Assembly: GCA_019828565.1 (NCBI GenBank) | Contig: JAHDYR010000005.1 | Location: 1,253,942-1,315,836 of the forward strand | Reading direction: 5' to 3' | Length of the DNA stretch: 61,895 bases | Source: Carpediemonas membranifera BICM | Taxonomy: Eukaryota > Protista > Fornicata | Shown: piece after piece, positions 46,729 to 58,666 of the stretch | Numbering within the stretch: the first letter of the stretch is position 1 | Layout of the letters: each line of letters begins with the position of its first letter | The notes under the pieces: model-generated | What the model was told of the DNA's origin: nothing | The model's input: the letters and a program-made list of their open reading frames with translations, nothing else | Databases searched by the model: none | Program-made: the position numbers and the translations under genes

Positions 46729-47982
46729 ATGAAGCAATTCACGACTAATGATCCAGAAAGCGCAATCCAGGCGCTCGCGGATTACACCACTGCAATTATC
46801 CACGAGAGAAACCCAACTTCTTTCATCCAAACGCTCACAGCGGACACGGTCGCGAAGTTAAAGCGTGATTGGCGTCCGACAGCGAAACTTCCCACTCTTG
46901 AGAGCCTCCAGACCTCCATTATGTCTGACGCCGAAGCCCGAGCTCAGGCCCGTTCGGACGAGGCTCCGCAAGCTATATCCCACAATCCCACCGCAGATGC
47001 AATCGCCAAGCGTTTCGCTGCTGCCTTTGAGGCGGCCTGCAAGCGAGCGCAGTACGCAGAGTGTGTGCGGGTCTCTTCAAACTTCAAGGACCCGGCCCTC
47101 ACCAGCCTGACAAAGGAGTCAATCTCGGCAGAGATACAACGCGCAATCCCGGAGGCCACTGAGAAGGCCAGGGCATTCATCACCTCGTACATGAAGGACC
47201 CCGCGGCCAACAGATGGTCCGACCTCTTCAGCGCCGCAACCCCGACTGTCCCCGTGCCTGACGGGACCGACATGACACTCCCAGATTTCTCTGACAAGGT
47301 CCCGGAGCCCACCATAGATGAGAAGCCCGACCTGGCCGCCTGGCCAAAGCGTGCTGATTTCCCCGACGTTTACGCTTACCTCCGCGCCGAGGCAAAGGCG
47401 ATCATCCCCTACATCGTTTATACGCTCCTACCGACCCTCGACATGGGATCGAGACTGAAGATGGTGCGCGACAAGGCATACGGCCTTAGATTCTTCGGCC
47501 CAGCCGTCGAGCACCGACTCGCCGTCTTCAAGCTACGTAGGATCCTCAACGCTTACGATCCATGCGTCCCAGACATCGAGGCACTAACCTACAACTCTAC
47601 CGAGCGCTTACTGGGGTCGATCTTCCTCAAGGGCTATAGCAAGGACGCCGAGGCTCTTTACGAGGACATCATCAAGGACCCAGCCGAGTCAATCGACGAT
47701 CTTCTTTCTCGCCTCGAGAACCTCGACGTCGATCACGACGAACGCGTTATTGTCCCGTGGCGGGCGTTCGCGGTAACATCCCAACCCGCCGACCAGAAAG
47801 ACAGTGGCCGTCGCGCCCCTGGCAAGCAAAAGCCGACAGTACTGCCCCATACAAGCGATCCCTATCTCCAGTTCAAAGACAAGCACAAGTATGCCATCCC
47901 ACAGCACTTCAACAAGTGGTGCAAGTCTCATGGGTGGAACAGTAACCATACGACAGAGTCATGCAGGTTCCTCGCACGGTAG
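46729..47982 (+). CDS. Gypsy-2 gag
   Basis: 417-aa ORF starting 20 nt after the 5' LTR. C-terminal WCKSHGWNSNHTTESC (CHHC-type knuckle). Confidence 0.8.
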   Translation: MKQFTTNDPESAIQALADYTTAIIHERNPTSFIQTLTADTVAKLKRDWRPTAKLPTLESLQTSIMSDAEARAQARSDEAPQAISHNPTADAIAKRFAAAFEAACKRAQYAECVRVSSNFKDPALTSLTKESISAEIQRAIPEATEKARAFITSYMKDPAANRWSDLFSAATPTVPVPDGTDMTLPDFSDKVPEPTIDEKPDLAAWPKRADFPDVYAYLRAEAKAIIPYIVYTLLPTLDMGSRLKMVRDKAYGLRFFGPAVEHRLAVFKLRRILNAYDPCVPDIEALTYNSTERLLGSIFLKGYSKDAEALYEDIIKDPAESIDDLLSRLENLDVDHDERVIVPWRAFAVTSQPADQKDSGRRAPGKQKPTVLPHTSDPYLQFKDKHKYAIPQHFNKWCKSHGWNSNHTTESCRFLAR

Positions 47983-50900
47983 AAGGGCAACCAGTCCAAG
48001 GGCACCTCCGGCTCCTCTCAGCCGCGGAAGAACGACCAGAAGCAGACCAGCGGTACGCAGTCCGACCGTCGGGCCGGCAACATGTTCCTGAGGGACTCCT
48101 CAAAGCTTCGCAACTCGCGCGGCCAGCGCGACGTCCATGAAGTCGACAACAACGCCTCAGATGACGCCGAGTCCGAGGACGAAGGTGACGTCTATGAGGT
48201 GGGGGCTGTTGAGATCGACAACGACCCCATCAACGTCCCGGCCACGATCAACGGTGTCCAAATCAAGACGAAGTTCGATATCGGAGCCTGCGTCTCAGTC
48301 ATCTCGGAGCCCGCACTAGCGAAGGTCCCGAATTACCAGCTCATCGACACCTCAGTCGAGCTCTTCGGCGCCGGCGACGAGGTCATCTCCATCGGTAAGG
48401 CCGCAAAGGTCGACATCACTCTCCCGTCTATCGATGGCAAGACCGTGCAGGCCACCGCATTGCTGATGGTGATCCGCGCCAAACGCCGAAAGGTCCTGAT
48501 CGGCCGCGACCTCCTCAGAAGGTTGGGCTACCTCATGAACGACAGACTGCTGATCCCGTCATCCGCCACCATCTCCGACAACGACAATCTGCCTCCACAC
48601 CCGTATCTCGACTCCTGCACAGATGAGATTGATGTTGATAACGAGTTGAAGAAGGTCCGAATCCCTTACGATGACAATCCAGACCTCACTAAGTGGCTCG
48701 AAGGCTTCCTATACGAACGCCGCGAGCTCTTCGGCGAGCTGCCAGAGGACGGCAGCGAGTTGCGTCCACACAAGATCACCCTGAAGCCTGGCGACCACAG
48801 GCTCCCGAAGGCAAGACCACGCCCCCTTAAGGGTTCCCAAGCGTCCAGCGCCGCCGCTGAAATCGACAAGATGCTCCAACAAAAAGTCATCCGCCCAAGT
48901 GACTCGCCGTACTCATCCCCACACGTGATGGCGAAGAAGAAGAACGGTGAGGACAGGTTCTGCGTCGCGTATAACGTTCTGAATGAAGCCACCGAAGACG
49001 ATCGCTACCCGACACCAGATATCCGCTCCTTCGTCCATGAGGCAAGCGGCTGCTCACTCTTCGGCACGCTCGACCTCCGAAGCGGCTACTGGCAGCAACG
49101 TATGGACCCCGACAGCGTCTCACTCACCGCCTTCACTATCCCAGGCGGTCATTACGAGTTTCTTCGTACCCCCTTCGGGCTCAAGAATGCCCCGGCCAAG
49201 TTCCAGAGAGCGATGGACGAGGTGTTGGAAGACTGCAAGAGCTCCAAAGCCTACGTCGACGATATCTTCACTTACTCGCACACGGAGGAAGAGTTCAAGA
49301 GCGCCATCACGGATCTCTTCGATCATCTACTGGCGGCCAACGTCAGACTGAAGGCCGACAAGTGTGCCCTCGGCCTCTCCGAGGTTGAGGTGTGCGGCTT
49401 CATCGTTAACGAGATGGGCAGATCCGTTGCCCCCGCTCGAGTCCAGGCCATCCGCGACCTCTTTCCTCCGACCACCACGTCGGAACTCCGTCGATCCCTC
49501 GGCAAGTTCAACTACTTGTCGAATTACATTCCCCATCTCGCCGACGCCGCAGCACCTCTCAACCGGCTGCTTAAGGGCTCTCCGGGGAAGTCGTCCCCCG
49601 TGGCCTGGGGCGCCGAGCAGGACGCCGCTTTCGCTAAGCTAAACTATGAAAGATCTGGTCACCGAACACACGGCGCTCGCCCTCCCAGACTTAGACAAGC
49701 CCTGGACCTTGGAGACCGATGCCTCCTCAGTAGCGATCGGCGGGGTCCTCTGGCAGGGCGAAGGAGTTGAGAAGGTTCCCCTCGCCTTTTATTCCAAGAC
49801 CTTGGACGAGACTCAGCAAAGGTGGTCGACCGTCGAACAGGAGCTTTACGCGATCATCCACTGTGTAACTCGACCGGAGTTCTCAGCCCTCCTTAAGATT
49901 AAGCCGTTCTCTCTCAGAACCGATCACCGGAACCTTATTTGGCTCCTGAGAAAGACGGACGAGGAGGGCACGAAAAAGCTTACTCGCTGGCGCCTGACAA
50001 TGACCGAATACCCCTACTCCATCGCCCACATCAAGGGCGTCCACAATGTCGTCGCCGACTCGCTGTCCCGTCCTAGCAGCGTCCCAGAGGACCGAGACGA
50101 CCTCAAGGCCGCTATCGAACAGGTCTCCAGTTCTCACCGTCACCTCATCAACCAGGCCCACGCCGGTGCACAGGGCCACGTCAGCGTCGCTCAGACGATG
50201 GAAAATCTCCGCAACGCCGGGCAGTCTTGGCCCGACATGAAATCGGACGTCCGGGAGACCCTCAGAAGTTGCGCCGTCTGCCAGAAGGTTAGACCCCCTG
50301 CCCGCGAGAAGACGAAGTGGCACTCCACGCAGCGACTCAAGCCCTTCGAGACGGTCCAGCTTGACACAATAGGCCCCCTTCCGGAAGAGGCCGGCATGTC
50401 CTACATCATCACGATCGTGGATGTCTTCTCCAAGTTCACGATCCTCCGTCCGGTCGCTACTACAAAGGCCGAAGAGGCTGCAGCAGCGATGCTGGATGTG
50501 TGGTCCACGTTCGGAGTCCCAAAGGAGATTCAAACCGACCAGGGCACTCAATTCCGTAACGCCCTCATTGCCGAGTGTAACGCCATCATCAGTCTTCAGC
50601 ACAGGTTCTCAACCCCTTACCATCCGGCCAGCAACGGAGTCGTTGAACGACTCAACGGCACGATCATGTCTCGCATGAGAGCGCTCCTCCTAGACGCAGA
50701 GGACGGCAACTGGCCCGCCTATTTACCGCTCGCTCAACACGTCATCAACTCTACCCGCCACGCCACCACCGGTCGCTCCCCTTTCGAACTGCTGTTCGGC
50801 AAAGAATCGACGCTACGGGTCGCCCCGATCGCTCTGGCAAACGCCACGAAGAGCTGCACCCCTGGGAGCGTTGATGAAGGTGAGATTGTCCGCTTCCAGG

Positions 50901-51448
50901 AGGACGTAGCCGCTCTACAAGCCCTCGCCCGCGTCAAGATTCGCGCGTACGAGGCGCGCAAGGCCAAGGCCACAGCAGACACTCATGCGTGGGAGAGAGA
51001 ACAATACGTTCTCCTGCGCTACCCGGGCAAGCCCCCGGCTAAGATCTACACCCCCCTGCGCGGACCCTTCCGCATGGAGGGGAAGGGCGAACACCCGAAC
51101 ACCTACCGCGTCCGTGACCTCGTCACAAGATGCGTCAGCACGGTCCACGCCGACAGAATGGTCCGATTCGAGACCGATTTATCCGACACCGAGCTCGAGC
51201 GGATCGCCGCTTTCGAGCAAGGCGAACAGCCCGTCAAGGAGATCGTCGGTCACAAGAAGAAGAAGAACGGCTCATTGGAGCTCCTCATCCGTTGGGAAGG
51301 CCTCACACCCGACGAAGACTCCTATGTACCCTATAACCGGTACTATGACCAGCTAGCGGCTCTCGATGATTACCTCGTCGCTCATCCAGAGCATGAAGCC
51401 GCGTTCGCCGCCGCCAAGAAGAAGTTCCGCAGTTCCGGGCACCGTTAA
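47983..51448 (+). CDS. Gypsy-2 pol: protease, RT, RNase H, integrase, chromodomain (frameshift near 49640)
   Basis: KFDIGA, LDLRSGYWQ, PFGLKNAP, YVDDI, ETDAS, EQELYAI, ADSLSR, H..H..CAVC, LDTIGP, QTDQG, NGVVER, LRGPF, VKEIVGH..LLIRWEG. Confidence 0.95.
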
Positions 51449-51527
51449 TGCGTCCGCATGGGGGGAAGTGTGACCCTAAACTGCGGGAGTTGGTTGCATA
51501 AAACTCATTCGTAACACGGCACACTGG

Positions 51528-52548
51528 ATTCGCTCGAGGACTGAACGCGGGGTCGACCACTCGAGCTTCATGAACCGGCTCAGCCTGTCCGGCTCCACGT
51601 TGAGGTGTCCTGCGATGTGAAGACATCGAGCCACGAGGTTTCGGCTGTCGAGGTGTTGTTGCAGCTCGTGGAGTAGGCTCATGACTGTCTGGTCTGCTCT
51701 TGTCGATCCGCCCTTGTTGACCCACGAGACTACGGCCGAGTTGTCGCAGAAAACTGTCAGGGTGCGCACCTGCGGCTGTGGAGAGATGAGTTCGACGCCC
51801 CGAACGACTGCGAAAAGCTCCTTTGTGCAGATGTGGGCGTTCACTATGTGCGGGGGGAAGTGCCCATGCGCCGATCTGTTGTTCTCTCCGAGGTATACTC
51901 TGGCCCCCAGCCGAAGCTGGATGCGTCGGACGCCACTGTCATCTCCAGGGGAGCCTGTCATGTCCCAGAGGGCCCTGAGCTCGATAAATGACTTGGCTGG
52001 GCGCTGCTGCAGCAGTGAGACCACTGGGCGAGCTCTTGCTTGAGGGCTGCATCCAAAGGTACTCTGCCTCTCGGCTGTCTTGCTTGCAACGGCCGCAGCT
52101 TGAGCTGTGCTGCATGCGCTGCGGAAGCGAAGAAGGAGAGACGCCCTAGGATCTTGGAGTAGTCGACGGCGCTGATGGAGTCGCTCTCCAACGCGGATAT
52201 CAACGTCTGCTGATACTTGCGCGCCTTGTCGCTGGAAAGGCGCACTGAAGTGTTCTCCGTATTGATGAGGAGGCCGAGGTACTCCAAGCAGCGTGTAGGC
52301 TGAAGAATACACTTGTCCAGCCCCGGAATGAGGCCGAGGGAGCGCATGAGCTCGAGGGCCTCGTGTGTTGCCCATGCCAGGTGCTCCTTGCGCGCAGACG
52401 ATAGGAGGAAGTCGTCTAGATACACGCAAACGTGGATCTGGAGGCGCCTGGCGATGATCTTTGCGGCCTGGATGGTTATTGTCTGAAAGTAGAACGGAGC
52501 CGCGGTTCAACCGAAGGGGAGTCCAGTGTAGCAGAATGCCTCGCCCTC
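51528..52548 (-). CDS. DIRS-2 RT and RNase H (frameshifted; 5' part displaced by transposon D)
   Basis: GLPFG, VYLDDFLL, EYLGLL, HICTKELFAV, FCDN, NVEPDRLSR. Confidence 0.9.
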
Positions 52549-53749
52549 CATACTGTCAACATCCCTAGATTATCTTTGCTAAACCCTAGATTATCTTCGA
52601 CCTCAAAAAGCTAGATAATCTACGGTTGCAAGAAAAAATGAACTCGACGATGAGCCGGAGCTGGATCTTCAAAGTGGTATGGTAGTACTTGGCTATACCT
52701 AAGCAATACGCATGCGCAGTATCAAACTTTAAATCCTGCTAGAAAAAAGTAACATAGGGACAATTTGGAATTGAGAGTTGAGACTCAAAAAACGGGCAGG
52801 GGGGAGGAAATGGTCCATAAGTACGCCTTATGGGTCGCTTCCTCCCTCTGCCCCTTTTTTTATCGCAAAATCGATTTGCCGGATTTGACACATGTTTGAT
52901 GTGATCAAAATGGATTTGATAGACATGGGTCCAGATCATGCAGTTGGCCATCCTGAAGCGCTAGGGCGGTCTGCAGACCGCAGCAATGCCTCTGCTGAAT
53001 GCCCTTCGCCTGACGGACAGGACGCGCGTTGACTCTAAAGGACTGCATGTTTCGGCATTAAAAGAAGGTGTGGAATACAACGGAGTCATCGCCGAACCGC
53101 TCCGACCAAGTCGGTTATTAGGACATCGCGTTCAGACGCCCTCTGCAATTACCAAGTCAATAGATGGGAGTCGACCTGATCAGCACGTCATTCGGGGTCT
53201 CAGGTGACCCTATAGCTGAGCTTGGCTGGGCTCTGCTGCGGCCATGGGCCGCTAGTATATGTCTCTTATCAGCGTGGTGAAGATCAGGAACACGATGTAG
53301 GATCGCTTGCAAAAGCATAGCCGGATCCATCTCGCCACCGTCACCACGGTACCTCGCGATGTACTCCTGCAGCTTCGGAATCATCCTCAGTAGCGCTTCA
53401 AACATCATGCTGGCGTATCCTGCTGAATCCTTCACCCCAGAGCTCATATCGGTTTCTTCAGAACGAAATTCTAAAGAAATGTTCGGTGGTAAGTGAGATC
53501 ACTGCGCATCTAGAGACAGCAGAAACGTAACCTACAGCCCATATTGATGTGGGCTGGTCTTATCCGGATGTCCAAGGACCTTGATTCGCTCTGGGGTAGT
53601 CCCCCCATGACCGTCAGGCACGCGAACCGCATCCTGCACGAAGCGGGGATGCAGAGTCTGAAAAGACCCATCTCTCTGTCCGATCTGGATACCCCTGACG
53701 ACAGATGGAATGACTGAAGCTGTAAACATATCCATTGACTCTGAATCTT

Positions 53750-54214
53750 TTATTTCTCCATCTGCGAGTTAAGCCAGGCCACTGCCTTTCCCGTCAAATA
53801 TACCTTACGTGTGTCGTGCGCCTTCTTTGTTGCTCTTGCGGCTGAAGCATCAACAGTGGCCTGCTTCAACAAATCTCGGCAGCTAGACTTCGGCGTCTTG
53901 GTGCCACGCCGCGTGCAGGCCCACTCTCTATCGTCCACGGACTCACCACACACAACGCATGACCCTGCGAATACGGTCGGTGGCTTCTCCTTCAGCTTCT
54001 GTCGAAGCAGATCGCACATCGCGGTCTTGACGACGCGTCGAGACAATTCATGCGTGCGCAGGGTACTAACAGGCTCAACCAACAGCTCTGTCTGAGTAGA
54101 CGCCTCCTCTAGGTCTCGCACAGTCTGAGTCTCTGCATGCTCACCCTGTGGCGAAAACTGCTGGCATTTTCCCACCATCCTCGGCTTATCAGGATCAGGA
54201 CCCAGCGCAGTCAT
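53750..54214 (-). CDS. Cargo protein with CxxCG..WAC..C module (possibly continuous with 54244-54678)
   Basis: CVVCGESVDDREWACTRR..KSSCRDLL..KVYLTGKAVAW. Confidence 0.55.
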   Translation of the reverse strand: MTALGPDPDKPRMVGKCQQFSPQGEHAETQTVRDLEEASTQTELLVEPVSTLRTHELSRRVVKTAMCDLLRQKLKEKPPTVFAGSCVVCGESVDDREWACTRRGTKTPKSSCRDLLKQATVDASAARATKKAHDTRKVYLTGKAVAWLNSQMEK

Positions 54215-54243
54215 GTAAACAGGTACCTCAACCCGCTTCTCGA

Positions 54244-54678
54244 CTATCCTGACAGGCTGGGAGTCCCTGCGGGAAGGGGCTTGCGGGTGAACTCGCGTCC
54301 TGGTCGGCCCCCGTTCGCCTCGTTGTGCAGAGCCTCCATGAAGGCATTGAAGCCGTCATCACGGCCCACCTTCTGCGTCACAAACGACATGACGCATGTG
54401 ACCGACATCTCAAAGGATGCAAAATCGGCAGCACTGGAAACATCGCGATTGTGGCAGATTGAGTTTCGAGCTGCCAACAGCTCGCGTATATGTCTCTTAT
54501 CAGCGTGGTGAAGATCAGGAACACGATGTAGGATCGCTTGCAAAAGCATAGCCGGATCCATCTCGCCACCGTCACCACGGTACCTCGCGATGTACTCCTG
54601 CAGCTTCGGAATCATCCTCAGTAGCGCTTCAAACATCATGCTGGCGTATCCTGCTGAATCCTTCACCCCAGAGCTCAT
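54244..54678 (-). CDS. HEPN-like (Swt1-like) putative ribonuclease domain
   Basis: Helical ORF with DPAMLLQAI...IRELLAARNSICH (RxxxxH motif). Confidence 0.55.
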   Translation of the reverse strand: MSSGVKDSAGYASMMFEALLRMIPKLQEYIARYRGDGGEMDPAMLLQAILHRVPDLHHADKRHIRELLAARNSICHNRDVSSAADFASFEMSVTCVMSFVTQKVGRDDGFNAFMEALHNEANGGRPGREFTRKPLPAGTPSLSG

Positions 54679-55207
54679 ATCGGTTTCTTCAGAACGAAAT
54701 TCTAAAGAAATGTTCGGTGGTAAGTGAGATCACTGCGCATCTAGAGACAGCAGAAACGTAACCTACAGCCCATATTGATGTGGGCTGGTCTTATCCGGAT
54801 GTCCAAGGACCTTGATTCGCTCTGGGGTAGTCCCCCCATGACCGTCAGGCACGCGAACCGCATCCTGCACGAAGCGGGGGATGCAGAGTCTGAAAAAGAC
54901 CCATCTCTCTGTCCGATCTGGATACCCCTGACGATAGATGGAATGAATGAAGCTGTAAACATATCCATTGACTCTGAATCTTTTTATTTCTCCATCTGCG
55001 AGTTAAGCCAGGCCACTGCCTTTCCCGTCAGATATACCTTACGTGTGTCGTGCACCTTCTTTGTTGCTCTTGCGGCTGAAGCATCAACAGTGGCCTGCTT
55101 CAACAAATCTCGGCAGCTAGACTTCGGCGTCTTGGTGCCACGCCGCGTGCAGGCCCACTCTCTATCGTCCACGGACCCACCGCACACGGCATTCATGATT
55201 CCAAGGT

Positions 55208-56759
55208 CTAATTATTTACTCGATTTATTCCGGCACCTCGTTGAGCAGGGAAATAGTGCACTTTCAGGCGAGCATATCTCACTCTAGACACGCTGCACTT
55301 GACCACCTTAGCCACGCCATCGCAGTCACCCACAACATCATACCACTGCCCTTCTGTGTCGCATAATGCGTACACACGCTCATATGTCTGATAGACAGCT
55401 GTTGCCTCAAAGGGCATATCTAGCGTACAATCGTCCTCGCAAATATGGGTGCAACCAGGAGACACCCAAATCAGCCGCCAGGGGAAAAAAACAACACCGC
55501 CTTTACATTCAAAGGGAATGCAATCGGCGTTGCTGTGAGGCATTTCTCGCGCTGCTGGTATTCAGGCAGTAGGCCAGACTGGGCGATATGTTGGGGAACC
55601 ACACCGGCGAACAGGAGTTGACTGCCGCTGAGGGAAGACGTTGCAGCGACAGTCTGCCATGAGCTGGTCGACCCTGAACGGCAGCTTTTCGAAGCCCCGT
55701 ATACATCTATCGCGTCCAAGTCCCAGCTTATAGTGGCGGTTGAAATCGCTGATTACCTGCTGATCGCCCGCGGAGAGGATAACTGTCCCCCCTCCATACA
55801 TGATCCGATCAGGGATGAAGCCAGTGGGCACAGCGACTGGGTGGAAGACGTATCTTCTCAGATCGTCATGAACTGTGAAGCATGCACCGTTTCCAGCCAT
55901 GACAGTACCGACTGGGGTGAGGATGAACCTGCGACAAGCCTGCTCCGACACATCGATCACCATCCTGTTCTTCTCCCAGGGGGCAGACTGGCCTCGAGCT
56001 CGGCGATATTAGGGCAGCTGGTGAAGGTGAGGCGGGTCGCATTCCAGTGCCAGTCCAAGCTCCATGCCCACAGACCCTTAGGTGTCCTGGTAAGATGGCT
56101 GAAATTGCAACTGTAGACCTCGAGGGGCCCTGGGCATCCTGGCTCTAATGAAGATGGCGAGGTTGTCTGGACGAAGCATGAATAGACGGCCCATGTACAT
56201 GCGGTGATGGTAGTGTGTGTTGCCATTTGAGAATTGGTAGTACTCGCCGTCCTTCTCGGCGACGTTCAGTGTGAAGAAGAACTTGCGGCAGAGGAACCAG
56301 AGACACTTGCCCTCGGGGGGCGAGAGCATTTCGGATGAGGTCCTGGAGGTCTGGGTTGGCCCCTCCACCCATAAGACACGCCCACACCGCGCCCTGGTTC
56401 AGTGTGTGCATGGCTGCCGGGAGCTCATCGCCAGGCGAGAGCTCGACGTTCATGGACAGCGGGGGTCCGTCTGCGAGGATCGAGCGGGCGTGATCTAGGA
56501 GGACTTGTGCGGTTGGTTCAAGCGGGGGATCTTGGAGAGCGTGGCGAGGAGGGATTCGAGAGAAGGGGCGCTCGCTGGTGCAGTAGTGCTCTCTGCGTTG
56601 TGGAACGCGGGCATCTCCTCGCCAAAAATGCCTGGTGTTGGCGCATTGGAGCAAGGATGGTACGTCCCCGGAGATACGGGCTGCTACAACTAGCGAGGCG
56701 CGGAATACGGAGATAAGGGCTTCTTTGATGGCTGATGGGGAGGAACTAGCACTGCTCAT
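55208..56759 (-). pseudogene. Fragmented cargo gene of unknown function (beta-rich pieces)
   Basis: Consecutive overlapping minus-strand ORFs (56759-56145, 56368-56078, 56226-55957, 55963-55562, 55543-55208). No recognised motif. Confidence 0.3.
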
Positions 56760-57139
56760 CGATTCCAGCGCTCAGTTCGGTGGCGACTTGTTCTCGTTCT
56801 TAAACTGCTCAATGAGAAAGGATGACAGCAGAAACGACGTCCTGGAGGACGTCCTGGTGTTGGGAGGGGGTGTTCTTGAGCACGTGATAGTGGACGGCCT
56901 TGTTGGTGGGCGCGGCCCATGAGAAGCACCAGCGCAAGTAAAGCATTTTGCAATATATTACTTGCGTTTGCGCTGTCGTTCTCCGGGCGCACTTCCCCGG
57001 CCGCTCTTTGACACGGACATTGCCGTGGGGCCTCCTCCTCGTAGCTGTTTCCTCCCCGGGTTCTGTAAATGGTGTGTTTTGATTCATCTGTCCCTTTGTT
57101 TGTCTCGGCGTTGAACTTTGAAAGCAATAAATGGCTACG

Positions 57140-57379
57140 ATCAAGATATTATTGTCCAATGAGGCTCTTTACATCGCCTTCTAGCTCGATATTGATGTTG
57201 TTAGTGATTTTCTAGAGTACAGCACCAGTTTCGGTAATAGGGGGACAGACGAGCGCAAACAACTACATGGCTCCGAACTACACGCGTCTTGGCGTTGATA
57301 TTGGTTATTAAATGGACTGTTCGTAACATATTGAGGGATTTCGTCACTGTACTCGAATGCACAAGTGTGCAGTTTATGC
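57140..57379 (-). repeat. Dispersed internal repeat, copy 2
   Basis: Direct repeat of 60423-60662. Inverted relative to 3151-3339. Confidence 0.9.
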
Positions 57380-57461
57380 ATCTGCCGGAATCTCATTTAA
57401 GGGAGATAACAGCGTCCTAAACAACAGGGGATCTGTCAGTCATTATCAAACTTTACTTCTC

Positions 57462-58666
57462 TCACTCAGCCTCGTTGTCCCGCTTCTCCGGAGTAACCAA
57501 TTGAGCCTTCCTTGTGCCGGGACGGGTGACACCAAAGACTCGGAAGAGTAAGTCGCTCGTCTGCTCCAAACCCTGGCTTTCCTCAAGCCTCAGAATGTTG
57601 TGCCGGATCTTATCTCGGTCCTGGTCTTGAAGATGCCCGAGCTCAGCGTTCAGCCTGTTATCAAAGGCTTGGCTGAAGATGAGCACGGAATGGGCCAGGG
57701 TTAGGGGCACAGCTTGGTGACTGGCGAGCTCGCGGAACTCCTTTGGCTAGAGAATGGCGTACTTGATCATTTTTGGCGTACTTACGCCGCACATTGTGGG
57801 TCTTGATGGAACTCATCTCGTGGATGCGCTTGTAGATGCCATCACAGTAGGTGTTCTTGCCAACGCGCCCAGCCAGTACATCGGCACGTAAACGTTCGGC
57901 TGCGGCGTCAAGACGGGCGACCCTACCCTCATCGTCGACGGGCATCGCTCCACGCTTCCCTGCGATCGTGTACAGCTCCAGCTGCCAAGCAATCATGATC
58001 CGCAGCATCATCTCGCGTGTTGCACCAGACGTCATTGTCTCTAGCATGAGTTCCAGGCGGTGTTCATCCATGTAGCCAGACTGAATGACAGTAAGCGTCG
58101 TCATAGCACTGGATACTGGCGCGATAATGCCGCCATACCAAGGCTCCTCCTTGAGCACCGCGGTAACATCGAATGTCTCAAGGGGTGAGATCAATCTTGG
58201 GCTTCTTCTTCTTGTCCTTCTTGCTCGCCGAAGGCTGCCCCTCACCCTCACCTGATGCTTCTTCGCCAGCCTTGCCCACACCCTCGGCCGATGCCTGTCC
58301 CTCCCTGGTGATAGAACCATCTACTTGGCAGCTCCGACGTGCGAAGCGCCTCGTAGACGGGATTGCTGCTTCTTGTACGTTCTCTGCAGCCACCACAACA
58401 TCGCTTGTGCTCTCAAGAGGCTTTTGCTTGCGCTCTGTCAGCATCTCGACGACGTTCTCGTGAACACGGTGCTTCAGAACATCAACAACGCCTTCAGTGC
58501 GATACTTAGGCTCAATGCTGAAGTAACAAATCAATGCATGCACGATCTGGCGCTTTGATCCTTCCATCTCTTCGTCTCTTTCGTTCATTCGGAAACCGTT
58601 AAATAAACCATGGAATGGGTGGAACATGCGAGTGATCCAGACCTCAAGCGTGTCTACATACGGCAT
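57462..58666 (-). CDS. Hypothetical cargo protein (frameshifted), divergent from the SET gene
   Basis: ORFs 58666-58178, 58320-57661 and 57710-57462 overlap in series. Basic KKDKKKKPK patch. Confidence 0.4.

Larger units (their letters stand above)
46654..51523 (+). mobile_element. Gypsy-2 chromodomain LTR retrotransposon (4870 bp) with 55-bp LTRs
   Basis: Identical LTRs at 46654-46708 and 51469-51523. TSD CTGG at 46650-46653 and 51524-51527. PPT GGGGGGAAG. Confidence 0.95.
21737..52548 (-). mobile_element. DIRS-2: second YR retrotransposon, split by Gypsy-1 and Gypsy-2 and interrupted by transposon D (pieces 21737-22259, 45404-46653, 51524-52548)
   Basis: 50-bp B repeats at 21737-21786 and 22057-22106. 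Removing the Gypsy elements restores the frames: YR ...GNGIR|QHPAVQRDIARSLLGKPL* (stop at 22199) and RH/MT ...LERIQ|RNWGP. Confidence 0.9.
53255..55187. repeat. Internal duplication (about 53255-53953 and 54486-55187)
   Basis: Near-identical ~700-bp segments. Duplicated MSSGVKDSAG and REWACTRR ORFs. Confidence 0.9.

Noticed and set aside
8422-52623. One giant element bounded by the matching A and D TIRs
   Set aside because: The TIRs face outward from this interval, so they belong to two separate elements extending left and right.
53237-53256. Helitron-like 3' end (GCGGCCATGGGCCGC hairpin followed by CTAG-T)
   Set aside because: There is no matching 5' TC end and no Rep/helicase, and the shared segment continues into the TIR subterminal region.
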